Source: Tepidisphaera sp. (GTDB taxonomy: Bacteria; Planctomycetota; Phycisphaerae; Phycisphaerales; UBA1924). Taken from it: 64,000 nucleotides of DNA. Position 1 is the first letter of the stretch. The number at the start of each line of letters is the position of its first letter. The notes under the pieces are model-generated. The model did not search any database. It saw only the letters and a list, made by a program, of their open reading frames with translations, and had not been told where the DNA came from. The stretch spans positions 1,440,001-1,504,000 of the forward strand of contig CP051526.1 of NCBI GenBank assembly GCA_050916045.1. The letters run 5' to 3'. This document shows positions 40,326 to 49,735 of this stretch, in pieces. The translations under genes and the position numbers were made by a program.

Positions 40326-40826
40326 ATGCTCATGAACACCGATCCGTCCTCGAAGCGTTCCCGCGGCTGGCAGGCCGTCGGACTCATGGGCTGGTTGGTG
40401 TTCTGCTTTGCGGCGGCGGGATCGGCGTCCTTTGTTTCGACGGACGGGTGGTTCGTCGAACTCCGAAAGCCATCGTGGAACCCGCCTTCATGGCTGTTCG
40501 GCCCGGTCTGGACGTTGCTGTACGCGATGATGTCCGTCGCGGCGTGGCTGGTCTGGAAGCGGGGCGGGTGGAAGGTGCAAGGGCGGGCGCTGGGCGTCTT
40601 CTGCGTGCAATGGCTCTTCAACGCGTTGTGGACGCCCCTGTTCTTCGGTGCTCATCTCCCCGGGTGGGCGTTCCTCGACATCGTGCTTTTGTGGCTGTCG
40701 CTGGCCGCGACGGTCGTGCTCTTCTGGCGAGTGGACCGGCTGGCGGGGGCGCTGTTGATCCCGTACCTGGCATGGGTCACGTTCGCAGCGGCTCTCAATC
40801 TGACGATCTGGCGGATGAATGTGTGA
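40326..40826 (+). CDS. tspO: TspO/MBR tryptophan-rich sensory membrane protein
   Basis: WFVELRKPSWNPPSWLFGPVWTLLY, NALWTPLFFG and LLIPYLAWVTFAAALN motifs. Confidence 0.95.
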   Translation: MLMNTDPSSKRSRGWQAVGLMGWLVFCFAAAGSASFVSTDGWFVELRKPSWNPPSWLFGPVWTLLYAMMSVAAWLVWKRGGWKVQGRALGVFCVQWLFNALWTPLFFGAHLPGWAFLDIVLLWLSLAATVVLFWRVDRLAGALLIPYLAWVTFAAALNLTIWRMNV

Positions 40827-40936
40827 GCTCGAGAGCGGGCACGCTCGTGCGGAACATCGGCGGTTGGCGCGACCGAGCCAGCTCCAGCGGGCGTCCGGGG
40901 GAGGGACGCGGTGTCGAACGAAGGGGATGCAGGGGT

Positions 40937-41025
40937 GGTGGCACCCGAGGTTCCCGGTATACTGGGAGGGAGACGTGCTGTTCGGCGGCTTGACGGAGGA
41001 ATGACGATGGGCAGTGCCACCCGCC
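40937..41025 (+). repeat. 89-bp pre-gene module B, copy 3; preceded by module D at 40858-40918, a copy of 37615-37676
   Basis: GGTGGCACCCGAGGTTCCCGGTATACTGGGAGGGAGACGTGC...GGCAGTGCCACCCGCC. Confidence 0.92.
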
Positions 41026-41041
41026 ATAAAGGCAACACCGA

Positions 41042-42229
41042 ATGAGAAAAATCACTTTGCTGATGTACATGTTGGTGAGCCCGGTGTGCATTTTGCCTGC
41101 AGGTTGTGAGCAGCGATCCGGCCCGGTGTCGGTGCTTCCGGCCTCCATTGAGCGGCTTATGGAGCAAACGGCAAAGGCTATCGCCGAGTGGGACGTGAAC
41201 CACGGTCCTGGCAGCTTTACGAGCAAGGTGCTTGCATTCAGAGACGGTGACGTCGATCAGGTCACGAATGAGTTCAGGGAGTTCATTCGAAGTTCTGGAC
41301 TGGCAAGGCTCATTCGCGAGGTGAGAAACGGCGATGAGTTGGCCTCGGTTGACGAAGCTAACTACGCGAGTAAGACAATCCAGGATCCAGGGCTTGTCGC
41401 GGCGGTGCGGTGCCTTCCGTTCCTGCCGCTTGTCGTCAATGAATCAAAGGCGCCCGATGATGTCATGGACGCGGCTCTGGACGCAATTGCCATGCACCGA
41501 GTCCAGTTGGCATTAGTCCCGTCCGCCATCAAGTACTCCGGTGGTTACTCGATGGCGGCCGCAATGCGTGACCTGCGGCTTTCAAAGGCGTTGCCACTGC
41601 TCGACATGTGGGATCTGATCGCGGCCGGGGTCGATCCGGAGATCGTTCGTCAAGCTGGTGCGAAGCTCACCACGCTCACCCCTCCCTTGCTAACGCAGCG
41701 ATTTATCGACTTGAGCGAGAAGGACGTTTGGGCTGGGTTTGGCGCGGAGAAGGACAAGCCCCTGAAGCCGGAGGAGCGTGTCGCGCTAAGGACCTATTAC
41801 GCAGTGATGCGATCGGGTGTCTCTCAGCGTGTTGGATATAAACCGCCGACCTGTGATGAATCTGTTGTCGAACTGTTGCGGAAAGTTGAGCAACGGACCG
41901 ACATCGATCCGTTCTTGACCTACGGCAACATCACTCTGGCTGCAGAACAGGACACGGCGTTCGTACTCGTTGATGCTGCCATGAGAATGATCGTGGCCAA
42001 AGACCAAGTTCTTGATGGAGAACGGCTGAAGCCGCTTCCTGAGCTTCGTGATCCGTTCTCGGGAATCACGGTTCGATTTACAGCTGGGGCAGGAAAGAGA
42101 ACGATCTACTCTACTGGTATTGATGGCGTGGACAATGCGGGAATTGCGAGCCCGGGCAAGCGATTTGCTGGCGCATCTCAGGATAGATCGGAGTCCGAAG
42201 GACTCGATATCGCAATCACGTTCGACTAG
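41042..42229 (+). CDS. Hypothetical lipoprotein with a C-terminal GspG-like DPF..YS.G.DG.D motif
   Basis: Possible lipobox PAGC; C-terminal RDPFSG...TIYSTGIDGVDNAG; visibly lower GC than native genes. Confidence 0.75.
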   Translation: MRKITLLMYMLVSPVCILPAGCEQRSGPVSVLPASIERLMEQTAKAIAEWDVNHGPGSFTSKVLAFRDGDVDQVTNEFREFIRSSGLARLIREVRNGDELASVDEANYASKTIQDPGLVAAVRCLPFLPLVVNESKAPDDVMDAALDAIAMHRVQLALVPSAIKYSGGYSMAAAMRDLRLSKALPLLDMWDLIAAGVDPEIVRQAGAKLTTLTPPLLTQRFIDLSEKDVWAGFGAEKDKPLKPEERVALRTYYAVMRSGVSQRVGYKPPTCDESVVELLRKVEQRTDIDPFLTYGNITLAAEQDTAFVLVDAAMRMIVAKDQVLDGERLKPLPELRDPFSGITVRFTAGAGKRTIYSTGIDGVDNAGIASPGKRFAGASQDRSESEGLDIAITFD

Positions 42230-42231
42230 GG

Positions 42232-42288
42232 GGCGGGTGGCACCGATCGTGAGATGACTCCGGTGCGTGCCACCGATCGCCGGTTCCT
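42232..42288 (+). repeat. Post-gene module C, last copy
   Basis: GGCGGGTGGCACCGATCGTGAGATGACTCCGGTGCGTGCCACCGATCGCCGGTTCCT begins 3 nt after the TAG. Confidence 0.9.
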
Positions 42289-42466
42289 CCGGCGATCGGT
42301 GGATGGGCCGCGTGCGGCGAGTTTGGGCACGGGAGCGGGCGGGTTATGAGGCGTGGGGCGGGTGGCGGGCTGGCGTGGGCGGGGTTGAATGAACTCCGAA
42401 CCCCTCCCGTCCAAACTGGCGTACCGAGGGGCTCGTTTCGCCGCGCACGGTCGCTGGGCGCCCGCG

Positions 42467-42718
42467 CACAATCCTTGTGACGGCCGACAACATCGTTGCC
42501 GCCCAGCGCACAAGAGTTGCCGCTGGCATCACAACGATTGCCGCTGGCAGCACAAGGGCTTTGTCGGCCATCACAACGATTGCCGCTGGCATCACAACGA
42601 TTGCCGCTGGCAGCACAAGCGTTGCCGCCCAGCGCACAACGACCTTGCTGACCATCACAACGACCTTGTCGCCCGACACAACGAGCATGTCGCCCGACAC
42701 AACGACCTTGCGCGCGAA
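42467..42718. repeat. 21-bp tandem array, 12 units, consensus about CACAACGATTGCCGCTGGCAT
   Basis: CACAA recurs every 21 nt in 11 of 12 units; the array lies between convergent genes. Confidence 0.93.
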
Positions 42719-42840
42719 CATCGCGAGGTCGATTCGGCCGTCGGTCGGCGTGCGCTGCGTCGCAGCCCCGCTCACGCCCGCCCATCGCCGTGATTTTCGG
42801 TCGTCCGCCGATCACCCCCATTCGAAGCCCCAGAACCCCC

Positions 42841-44541
42841 TCACGCCCGCAGGCCGAGGGCTTCGCGGACCTTCGCGATCGAGGCTTCCTGACGCGTTTG
42901 GTACTCCTCATCCGCATCGATGATCGGGCGGCCGATGATCGCTTCGAGGCGCGACTGCGGGAAGTCCGGGCGGCTGGCGGCGGTGGCTTTCGTGCCGTAC
43001 TGGTTCAGGTTCGAAGCGAAGATCCCCGCCGCGCTCACCGGCAGGAAGTCCTCGTACCGGATCCCCTCAACCTCGACCAGCCCCAGGCGGACCAGTTCGT
43101 GCAGGTCGCTCGTCGGGAGCTTGCCCTTCGCGGCAAGGTCCTTCGCGGCGGGGGTCGCGGTGTAGACCGCGTACGCCAAGCCGGCTTTGAGCAGCTCGCG
43201 GAGGTTCTTGGGGAAGGGAGCAAAGTGCTCGGCGTAGGACGCGAGGAACGCGGCGTGGTCGGTGTCGGCGAGCTCGGTCTTGCGGCCGGCTTCGGCGGCG
43301 TCGGCGCAGCGGTTGTAGAGGGCACGCCCCTCGCGGGTCGCGGCGAAGAACCGCTGCTCGATCTCGCCGAAGCGGGCGGTGTGCGTCGTGTCGGTCGTCG
43401 TGCCGTCGGGGTTGCGGAACTTCACCGGCTCGGAGAGGGCTTTGTACGCGTCCTGACGCAGGAAGATCGGCGTGCTCGCGTCGGGGCCCTCGGTGTAATC
43501 CTTGAAGCCCGAGTGCTTGTGCGTGTAGAGGTCGTAGCCGGGCGTCTTGAAGGTCGCGATGAGCCGGTCGACGAGGGCCGCGATCGCGGTGGGGGGCGGC
43601 TGGCGGCGCTCGAACCGGGCGATGTCGGCCGCGGTGAGCTGCTTGAAGTGCAGGCGGAGGTAGTCGGGGTCGGCGACCTCGAGCAGCTGGCGGAGAGCGT
43701 TCGTCGCCCGCGTGCGGAACCCGGCTTCGGGAAGCTCGCCCAGGCAGTGCTCCATCGCCGCGGTGTACAGGTCGATGCACATCGTGTTGGGCGTGAGGTG
43801 GTTGAGGTGGTGAGCCTCGAAGCACGCGATGTCTGCCGCGATCTTGAACCCGGCGTTGCAGAGGTGCGTGTAGAGCGCGTGGTCGCGGGCGGTGCCGGTC
43901 CACTTGAAGATGAAGCGGATCCCCTCGGCGATCAGGGCGTTGGCATCCTCCCACGACAAGCCGCCCTGTTTCTCGTTCTTCTCGATGAGGGCTTTGGCTT
44001 TGTCGGTAAAGACGCGGCGGGTCGCGAGGAGGGCTTCGATCCGCTTGCGGGTGTCCTCATCGAAGTACTCGGTGAGGAGCATCGAGGAAAAGACGCGGTG
44101 CTCGGGCTTGTGCCGCGAGCGGTAGGCGGTCGCGACGACGGGCTGGCTCTTGGCGCCCACACGCGACATGTCGTAGAAGTTGTGCGGCTCCATGCCGAAA
44201 GCCGCGAACCACCGAGCGATCCAGCGGTACTCCTCGGGCGTGCCGATGCGGATGGCTCCGTGCCGCTCACCGCTGGCCCGGTCGATGTCCGCTTCGTTCA
44301 TCTTGAAGCCTGCGTAGGCCTGCTCGAGCAGGTCGCACGTCGCGAGGTTGCACGCGAGGTTGACGCGGAGCGACCCGCCGTACAGCGGAACCTCCTCGCC
44401 GAAGGATCGCGAAAGCTCGGAGAAAAGCCGGTCCTGCATCGCGCGCGGATCGGCGAAGGAAACGCCTCCCGGCCCGGCCGAGGCCGATGAAGCATGGGGG
44501 GCGGAGTGAGCGGCGCAAGAACGATCGGATGCGGTATTCAT
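42841..44541 (-). CDS. hglS: 2-oxoadipate dioxygenase/decarboxylase HglS (YdcJ, DUF1338)-like protein
   Basis: EVPLYG, ERHGAIRIGT, HRVFSSML, NHLTP, HTARFGEIEQR and YEDFLPVSAAGIFASNL motifs. Confidence 0.85.
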   Translation of the reverse strand: MNTASDRSCAAHSAPHASSASAGPGGVSFADPRAMQDRLFSELSRSFGEEVPLYGGSLRVNLACNLATCDLLEQAYAGFKMNEADIDRASGERHGAIRIGTPEEYRWIARWFAAFGMEPHNFYDMSRVGAKSQPVVATAYRSRHKPEHRVFSSMLLTEYFDEDTRKRIEALLATRRVFTDKAKALIEKNEKQGGLSWEDANALIAEGIRFIFKWTGTARDHALYTHLCNAGFKIAADIACFEAHHLNHLTPNTMCIDLYTAAMEHCLGELPEAGFRTRATNALRQLLEVADPDYLRLHFKQLTAADIARFERRQPPPTAIAALVDRLIATFKTPGYDLYTHKHSGFKDYTEGPDASTPIFLRQDAYKALSEPVKFRNPDGTTTDTTHTARFGEIEQRFFAATREGRALYNRCADAAEAGRKTELADTDHAAFLASYAEHFAPFPKNLRELLKAGLAYAVYTATPAAKDLAAKGKLPTSDLHELVRLGLVEVEGIRYEDFLPVSAAGIFASNLNQYGTKATAASRPDFPQSRLEAIIGRPIIDADEEYQTRQEASIAKVREALGLRA

Positions 44542-44649
44542 GCCATCGAAATGGTAGGTTCGGACGGGCGCCGGCGGGCCTTTCCCGCGTTGGCGCGGTG
44601 CCCTGATGGTTCGGCCGCTCCCGAGCCGCCGCTCGTCGATCGAAACCCC

Positions 44650-46911
44650 TCAGCACCCCGTCTCAAAAGCTCCGACGAACGCGTCGTAGTCGAAGAAATC
44701 CACGAAGTCGTCGCGGTTGAAGTCGGCGGATTTGCCCGGCGGGCATGAGCCGGTCTCAAAGCAGCCGACGAAGTCGTCGTAGTCGAAGAAGTCGATGAAC
44801 CCATCGCCGTTGAAGTCCGCTTCGCACCCGGGCGTCGTCACGCTGAGCACGGCCAGGCCGCGGCTCGGGCAGGACATCCAGAGTTCATACCCGCCGGGGA
44901 TGAGCTTGGCTTCGATGTCGATGATGCTCGCGTGCGGCAAGCCGCCGCGCCGCCACTCGCCGTTGGGCGGAGCGGGAAACGTCTCCATGGTCGTGCCGTC
45001 CCAGCAGAGCAACCCCGCCTCTGTCGACGGGAACTCGCTGTCGTAGGTCATCCACAGGCGGCCGTCGGGCGTGACAAGCTGCGGCCGCACGTGCTCACCG
45101 GGGAAGGGCCAGCCCAGGTCGTGCTCCCAGATCTGATACGCGCCGGTGTCGGCGTCGAGGCGGATGAGCGTGCTCCCCGTGCTGGTGAACTGGGTCCATG
45201 TGCCGAACCACGCGACGCCGCCGCGATCGACGGCCAAGCCGGTGAAGAGCCCGCCCGCGAGTTCGGGAAAGTCCTCGATCGTGCGATGAAAGGTCGAGAT
45301 CCCGTCCGTCCGCGTGATCTCGAAATCCTGATTCGCCCACACCGTGCCCGGCCGCTCCGGATCAACCTGAAGTGCGAGGCCCCAGCCACCCGTGCGCACC
45401 GTCGTGAACCCGCCGGCGCGGAAGTAGCCCAGCCCGCCGTAATGCCCGATCGCCCAAAGCCGGCCCGTCGAGTCCTCGCGGTACTGGCGGACGGAGTCCA
45501 TCCCGCCGGGCACGGCCGTCCATTGTCCCGTCGCGGGGTTCAGGTCGTGCGTGAAGTTGAACATCGGGTTGACCGCGATGTGGCCGGTGGAAGGACGCAC
45601 GCAGACGGCTTCGCTGTTGTCGGTGGGGAAGGGCCAGCTTCCGCCAAGCCCGTACGTGAACAAGTTGTACCCGGTCCATCGCGTGCCGTCGAAGCGGACC
45701 ATCCCGCCCACGCCCGGGCCCGCGTTCGCTGCCGCGTAGACCTCGCCCGTGGCCGCGTCGATCGTGAGATCGGCGTTGAACAGGTCGAACTGGCTTGTGT
45801 TGGTCACGCGGTATCGCTGCCAGACGCCCGACGCGGGGTCGCGGCGGATCGCTCCGCCCTGGCCGGACCCGCACACCCAAATCGTGCCGTCTGCGGAGAA
45901 ATCAAGATCATCGATGAACCCGTTGTGCGGCACCGTGCCAAGGTCGGTCCACGTCGAGCCGTCGAATCGATGCAGCCGATACGCGTTGTTCGGATCGATC
46001 ACGACCAGGTACGCTCCCAGATTGCCGAAGGGGCGGATCATCGCGAACGGCGCGGCCAAGCTGGTCGAAAGCGGCGGCAGTGGGGGGGTGATCCACGTGC
46101 CGTCGGGACGCTTGCAGTCGAGCGTCATCTCGCCTTGTGCATTCGCGAGCCTCACCATCCACACGTTGCCCGCGTCGTCCGCCGCGTGCTTGGAAAGCAG
46201 AGCGACCGGATTCCCGACGGCGTACGGCAGGTGCGTCCACGTGCGCGTCTGGCTGTCCCAGCGGTCCATGCCCGAAGCACCCTCGAGCGATGTCCAAAGG
46301 AAGTACCCGCCGCCCGGCTTGGGCTGCGCCGCGATCGTGCCGCCGCCGCGATCGGCGAAGTGGGTCCATTCGCCGGTCGCGGGCACGTAGCGGGTCAGCC
46401 CGCCACCTCCCCACGCGACCGAGACCGCGGAGATCCACACCGCACCGTCCGGAGCGATCGTGACATCCACGGTTCGCCCGCCGGGAAGCCGCGAGTTCGA
46501 CGGATCAAACCGCACCAGCGAGTCCGGACCCGCCGCGATGTTCATTTTCAAGAGCCCGCGCCACGTGCCAAGCCACAGATTGCCCGAAGCGTCCGGCACG
46601 ATGTCGCTCACGCGCGAAGCACCCACATCGTTCGCGCTGCCGATCGCCGCGTAGTCGATGTTCGAGACGTTGAACCACCGGTTCTCCGACTGGATGAACC
46701 GCGCGATCCCGCCCTCCTCCGCGATCGGGTCATACCCGCTGATCCACGGGTCGCCGTCCGCGCCGATGTGGATGGCTTCGTTGAAGTCGCCCTGGATGCC
46801 GGTGTTCCCGGGCCGGTAGTAGCGCCAAGAGAACTCCACCTGCGCCGCCGCCGCTCCGGCGAGCATCGCGACGCACGCACCAGCTCCAAGCGTCCGAAAG
46901 GTCGTCTTCAT
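44650..46911 (-). CDS. Secreted multi-bladed beta-propeller (regulator-propeller type) protein with a dockerin-like GC tail
   Basis: MKTTFRTLG signal peptide with an AGGAG RBS; blades DASGNLWLGT, APDGAVWIS and DRGGVAWFGT; tail ends ...AFETGC. Confidence 0.88.
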   Translation of the reverse strand: MKTTFRTLGAGACVAMLAGAAAAQVEFSWRYYRPGNTGIQGDFNEAIHIGADGDPWISGYDPIAEEGGIARFIQSENRWFNVSNIDYAAIGSANDVGASRVSDIVPDASGNLWLGTWRGLLKMNIAAGPDSLVRFDPSNSRLPGGRTVDVTIAPDGAVWISAVSVAWGGGGLTRYVPATGEWTHFADRGGGTIAAQPKPGGGYFLWTSLEGASGMDRWDSQTRTWTHLPYAVGNPVALLSKHAADDAGNVWMVRLANAQGEMTLDCKRPDGTWITPPLPPLSTSLAAPFAMIRPFGNLGAYLVVIDPNNAYRLHRFDGSTWTDLGTVPHNGFIDDLDFSADGTIWVCGSGQGGAIRRDPASGVWQRYRVTNTSQFDLFNADLTIDAATGEVYAAANAGPGVGGMVRFDGTRWTGYNLFTYGLGGSWPFPTDNSEAVCVRPSTGHIAVNPMFNFTHDLNPATGQWTAVPGGMDSVRQYREDSTGRLWAIGHYGGLGYFRAGGFTTVRTGGWGLALQVDPERPGTVWANQDFEITRTDGISTFHRTIEDFPELAGGLFTGLAVDRGGVAWFGTWTQFTSTGSTLIRLDADTGAYQIWEHDLGWPFPGEHVRPQLVTPDGRLWMTYDSEFPSTEAGLLCWDGTTMETFPAPPNGEWRRGGLPHASIIDIEAKLIPGGYELWMSCPSRGLAVLSVTTPGCEADFNGDGFIDFFDYDDFVGCFETGSCPPGKSADFNRDDFVDFFDYDAFVGAFETGC

Positions 46912-47127
46912 CGCAATGCTCCTGCCGCGTGAGAAACGGAAGCTCCGGCACGGGACCCGGGCAGGGGATCTTCGGCGTTCTCTCATGAAAGGAGGCGAGC
47001 CGGAGCCGTTTCGGACGTGAGTTTGGATCGAATCCGGCGAACTCCGCCCAGATCCCCCGAACCGGATGTTTCTCGAAGGAGGAGTCCTCGCCGCCGGAAA
47101 CCGGTGGGTCGTGCATCTGGGTCCTTC

Positions 47128-48264
47128 ATGCGTCACACCGTCTCGATCCTCGTCCTGACCTTTTTCTCTCACCTGGCCGCCCCCGCCGGGCGGGCCGATG
47201 GTCAGCCTGAAGCCTTCCCGGGGGTCGAGACGCCTGTTCCCGCTCAGCGTCCGGGTAAGCACCAAGCCGTGAAGGACTCGACGCCGCTCCCCGGCAGTTC
47301 GTTCGTCCGCTACTTCACCACCGATGAGTTTGACCGATCGATCGTCTTCTACGTCAGGGTGCCCGAAGCCAAGCCGGGCGACGAGACCAAACTTCCGATC
47401 ATCCTCTACGTCCAAGGTTCCGGGTCGCAATCCGTCTTCACGCGCGTCGAGCAGGATGGGGTTGAACGTGCAGCCGCGTCCGGCGGACAAGGCGTCATCG
47501 CCAAAGCCGCGAACGACCGGGCGATCGTCGTCATCGCGGAAAAGCCGGGCGTCCGCTTCATGGAGTGCCCCAAGCAGCCCGGCGGAGCCGTCGACGCGTC
47601 GCGTGAGTTCCGCGAAGAGCACACCCTCCCGCGGTGGTCCGCGGCCGTCTCCGCCGCACTGCACGCTTCGCTCACCCTTCCCCGCGCGGATCCTTCGAGT
47701 GTGCTTCTCGTCGGGCATAGCGAGGGCGGCCTCGTGGCGTGCAAGGTCGCCGCCGACAACCCTGTGGTGACGCATGTCGCGACGCTCGCGGGCGGTGGTC
47801 CGACGCAGCTTTACGATCTCATCGAGCTCGCGCGTCGCGGGACCTTCTGCGGCGGCGGGAATCCGGATCCCCAAGCGTGTGTGAACTTGCTGCTGGAGCA
47901 GTGGGAGAACGTGCTTCGAGCTCCCGACAGCGCTGAGAACGACTTCCTCGGCCACCCGCACCGTCGCTGGACCAGCTTCCTGGCGACCAGCCCCCTCGAA
48001 GAACTCAAGAAGACCCGCGCGAAGGTCTTCATCGGGCAGGGACTCGACGATCAAGCGGTCCTGCCCGCCAGCGCCGATGTGCTTTTCGCCACGCTGAAAG
48101 CCGTCGGGCGCGACCCGGTGTATCGCCGCGTCCCCGGCGACCACGGGTTCGAGGTCTCTCGCGAGGGCCAGCCTCCGGCCGGAGATGGCTGGCTTGAGAT
48201 GCACGCCCGCGTCGCCGAGTGGTTCCTCGGACCGGCACCCGCCGCATCGCCCGCCCCCAAGTGA
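47128..48264 (+). CDS. Secreted alpha/beta hydrolase (S9-like esterase/peptidase)
   Basis: Nucleophile elbow GHSEGG, acid motif QGLDDQAV, histidine motif GDHGF, oxyanion region VQGSG. Confidence 0.85.
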   Translation: MRHTVSILVLTFFSHLAAPAGRADGQPEAFPGVETPVPAQRPGKHQAVKDSTPLPGSSFVRYFTTDEFDRSIVFYVRVPEAKPGDETKLPIILYVQGSGSQSVFTRVEQDGVERAAASGGQGVIAKAANDRAIVVIAEKPGVRFMECPKQPGGAVDASREFREEHTLPRWSAAVSAALHASLTLPRADPSSVLLVGHSEGGLVACKVAADNPVVTHVATLAGGGPTQLYDLIELARRGTFCGGGNPDPQACVNLLLEQWENVLRAPDSAENDFLGHPHRRWTSFLATSPLEELKKTRAKVFIGQGLDDQAVLPASADVLFATLKAVGRDPVYRRVPGDHGFEVSREGQPPAGDGWLEMHARVAEWFLGPAPAASPAPK

Positions 48265-48455
48265 CCCGGGCTCGACGTTCGCGGACCCGACCGGACGAAG
48301 CCCGATACCGGTGGGGGGCTTGGGGTGCGAGGGGGTAAACGGGGCCCGAGACGGCTTGCCCGGCGGGTGCATCTCTCGTACAGTTCCTTGGAATGATTCT
48401 AAAGAGCAGCCATGTCCGGTTGCGTCTTGGACTCATTTGGAACGCGGAGACGCCC

Positions 48456-49706
48456 ATGGGCACCCCGAAAGCCTCGCCGACCAGCATCTATCTTGATCAC
48501 GCCGCGACGACCCCGTGCGACCCGCGCGTCGTCGAAGCCATGCTTCCGTACTTCACCAACACCTTCGGCAACCCCGGAAGCCGCAACCACCGGTTCGGCT
48601 GGGAAGCCGAGGAGGGTGTCGATCTCGCTCGCGAACGCGTTGCCGCGCTCATCGGCGCCGACCCCAAGGACATCATCTTCACCTCCGGCTCGACCGAGGG
48701 GAACAACCTCGCCATCAAGGGCGGGGCGTACATGTACGAGAAAGCCCCCGCCGGGCAGCCCAAGCGCGGGCACATCATCTCCTGCACCATCGAGCACAAA
48801 GCGGTGCTGGACCCCTGCAAGCGTCTCGAGAAGGAGGGCTTTGATGTCACCTTCCTCGAGCCCCCGCGCGACGGCATCGTGACCGCCGAGATGGTGAAAG
48901 CCGCGATGCGCGAGGACACCATCCTCGTCACGATCATGTGGGCCAACAACGAACTCGGCACCATCAACGAGGTGCCCGAGATCGGCAAGCTCTGCCACGA
49001 ACGTGGCGTGCTCTTCCACACCGACGCGACGCAGTGGGTCGGCAAGATGCCGACCGACGTCGAGAGGGATCACATCGATCTGCTCACGCTGAGCGGCCAC
49101 AAGCTCTACGGCCCCAAGGGCGTGGGCGCGATGTACGTCCGCCGCAAGCGTCCGCGCGTCCGCCTTCAGGCTCTCTACGACGGCGGCGGCCAGGAACGCG
49201 GCTTCCGCCCCGGCACGCTGAACGTCCCCGGCATCGTCGGCCTCGGCAAAGCGTGCGAGATCGCGATGCAGGAGATGGAGCAGGAAGGCGTCCGCCTGCT
49301 CGCTCTTCGCCAGAAGCTTGAACGCGAGATCACCAAGCGTGTCGATATGTGCACGGTCAACGGCCACGCGGACAAGCGTCTTCCGCACATCTCGAACATC
49401 TCCTTCGGGTTCGTCGAGGGTGAGAGCCTGATGATGGCGGTCAAGGACATCGCCGTCAGCTCCGGCTCGGCGTGCACCAGCGCGAGCCTTGAGCCCAGCT
49501 ACGTCCTCAAGGGCATCGGCGTCGGCGACGATCTCGCCCACAGCAGCCTGCGGATGAGCTTGGGTCGCTGGACGACCGAAGCCGAGATCGACCACGCGAT
49601 CGAGAAGATCGTGACCAGCGTCAACCGCCTCCGCGAGATGAGCCCGCTTTACGACATGCACAAGGAAGGCATCGACCTGTCGAAGGTCGAATGGGCTCAC
49701 CACTAA
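48456..49706 (+). CDS. iscS: Cysteine desulfurase IscS
   Basis: [19 protein letters not shown] (PLP lysine), [17 protein letters not shown], and C-terminal [25 protein letters not shown]. Confidence 0.97.
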   Translation: MGTPKASPTSIYLDHAATTPCDPRVVEAMLPYFTNTFGNPGSRNHRFGWEAEEGVDLARERVAALIGADPKDIIFTSGSTEGNNLAIKGGAYMYEKAPAGQPKRGHIISCTIEHKAVLDPCKRLEKEGFDVTFLEPPRDGIVTAEMVKAAMREDTILVTIMWANNELGTINEVPEIGKLCHERGVLFHTDATQWVGKMPTDVERDHIDLLTLSGHKLYGPKGVGAMYVRRKRPRVRLQALYDGGGQERGFRPGTLNVPGIVGLGKACEIAMQEMEQEGVRLLALRQKLEREITKRVDMCTVNGHADKRLPHISNISFGFVEGESLMMAVKDIAVSSGSACTSASLEPSYVLKGIGVGDDLAHSSLRMSLGRWTTEAEIDHAIEKIVTSVNRLREMSPLYDMHKEGIDLSKVEWAHH

Positions 49707-49735
49707 CCGACCATTTGGCACTTTGGAGATTCCCC

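Noticed and set aside
36337..42300. Classical integron with attC sites
   Set aside because: The repeats lack RYYYAAC/GTTRRRY cores and no intI is present; reported as a REP-like array instead.
42467..42718. Possible CRISPR array (also 1027-1194 and 52131-52235)
   Set aside because: Contiguous degenerate 21-bp units with no unique spacers and no cas genes.
46934..47011. Imperfect hairpin (AAACGGAAGCTCCGGC / GCCGGAGCCGTTT) upstream of the beta-propeller gene, considered as a riboswitch
   Set aside because: No known aptamer motif was recognised, and such stems arise easily in GC-rich DNA.
46912..48372. N-terminal extension of ORF 44650..48372
   Set aside because: It overlaps the alpha/beta hydrolase on the other strand; the RBS and signal peptide place the start at 46911.
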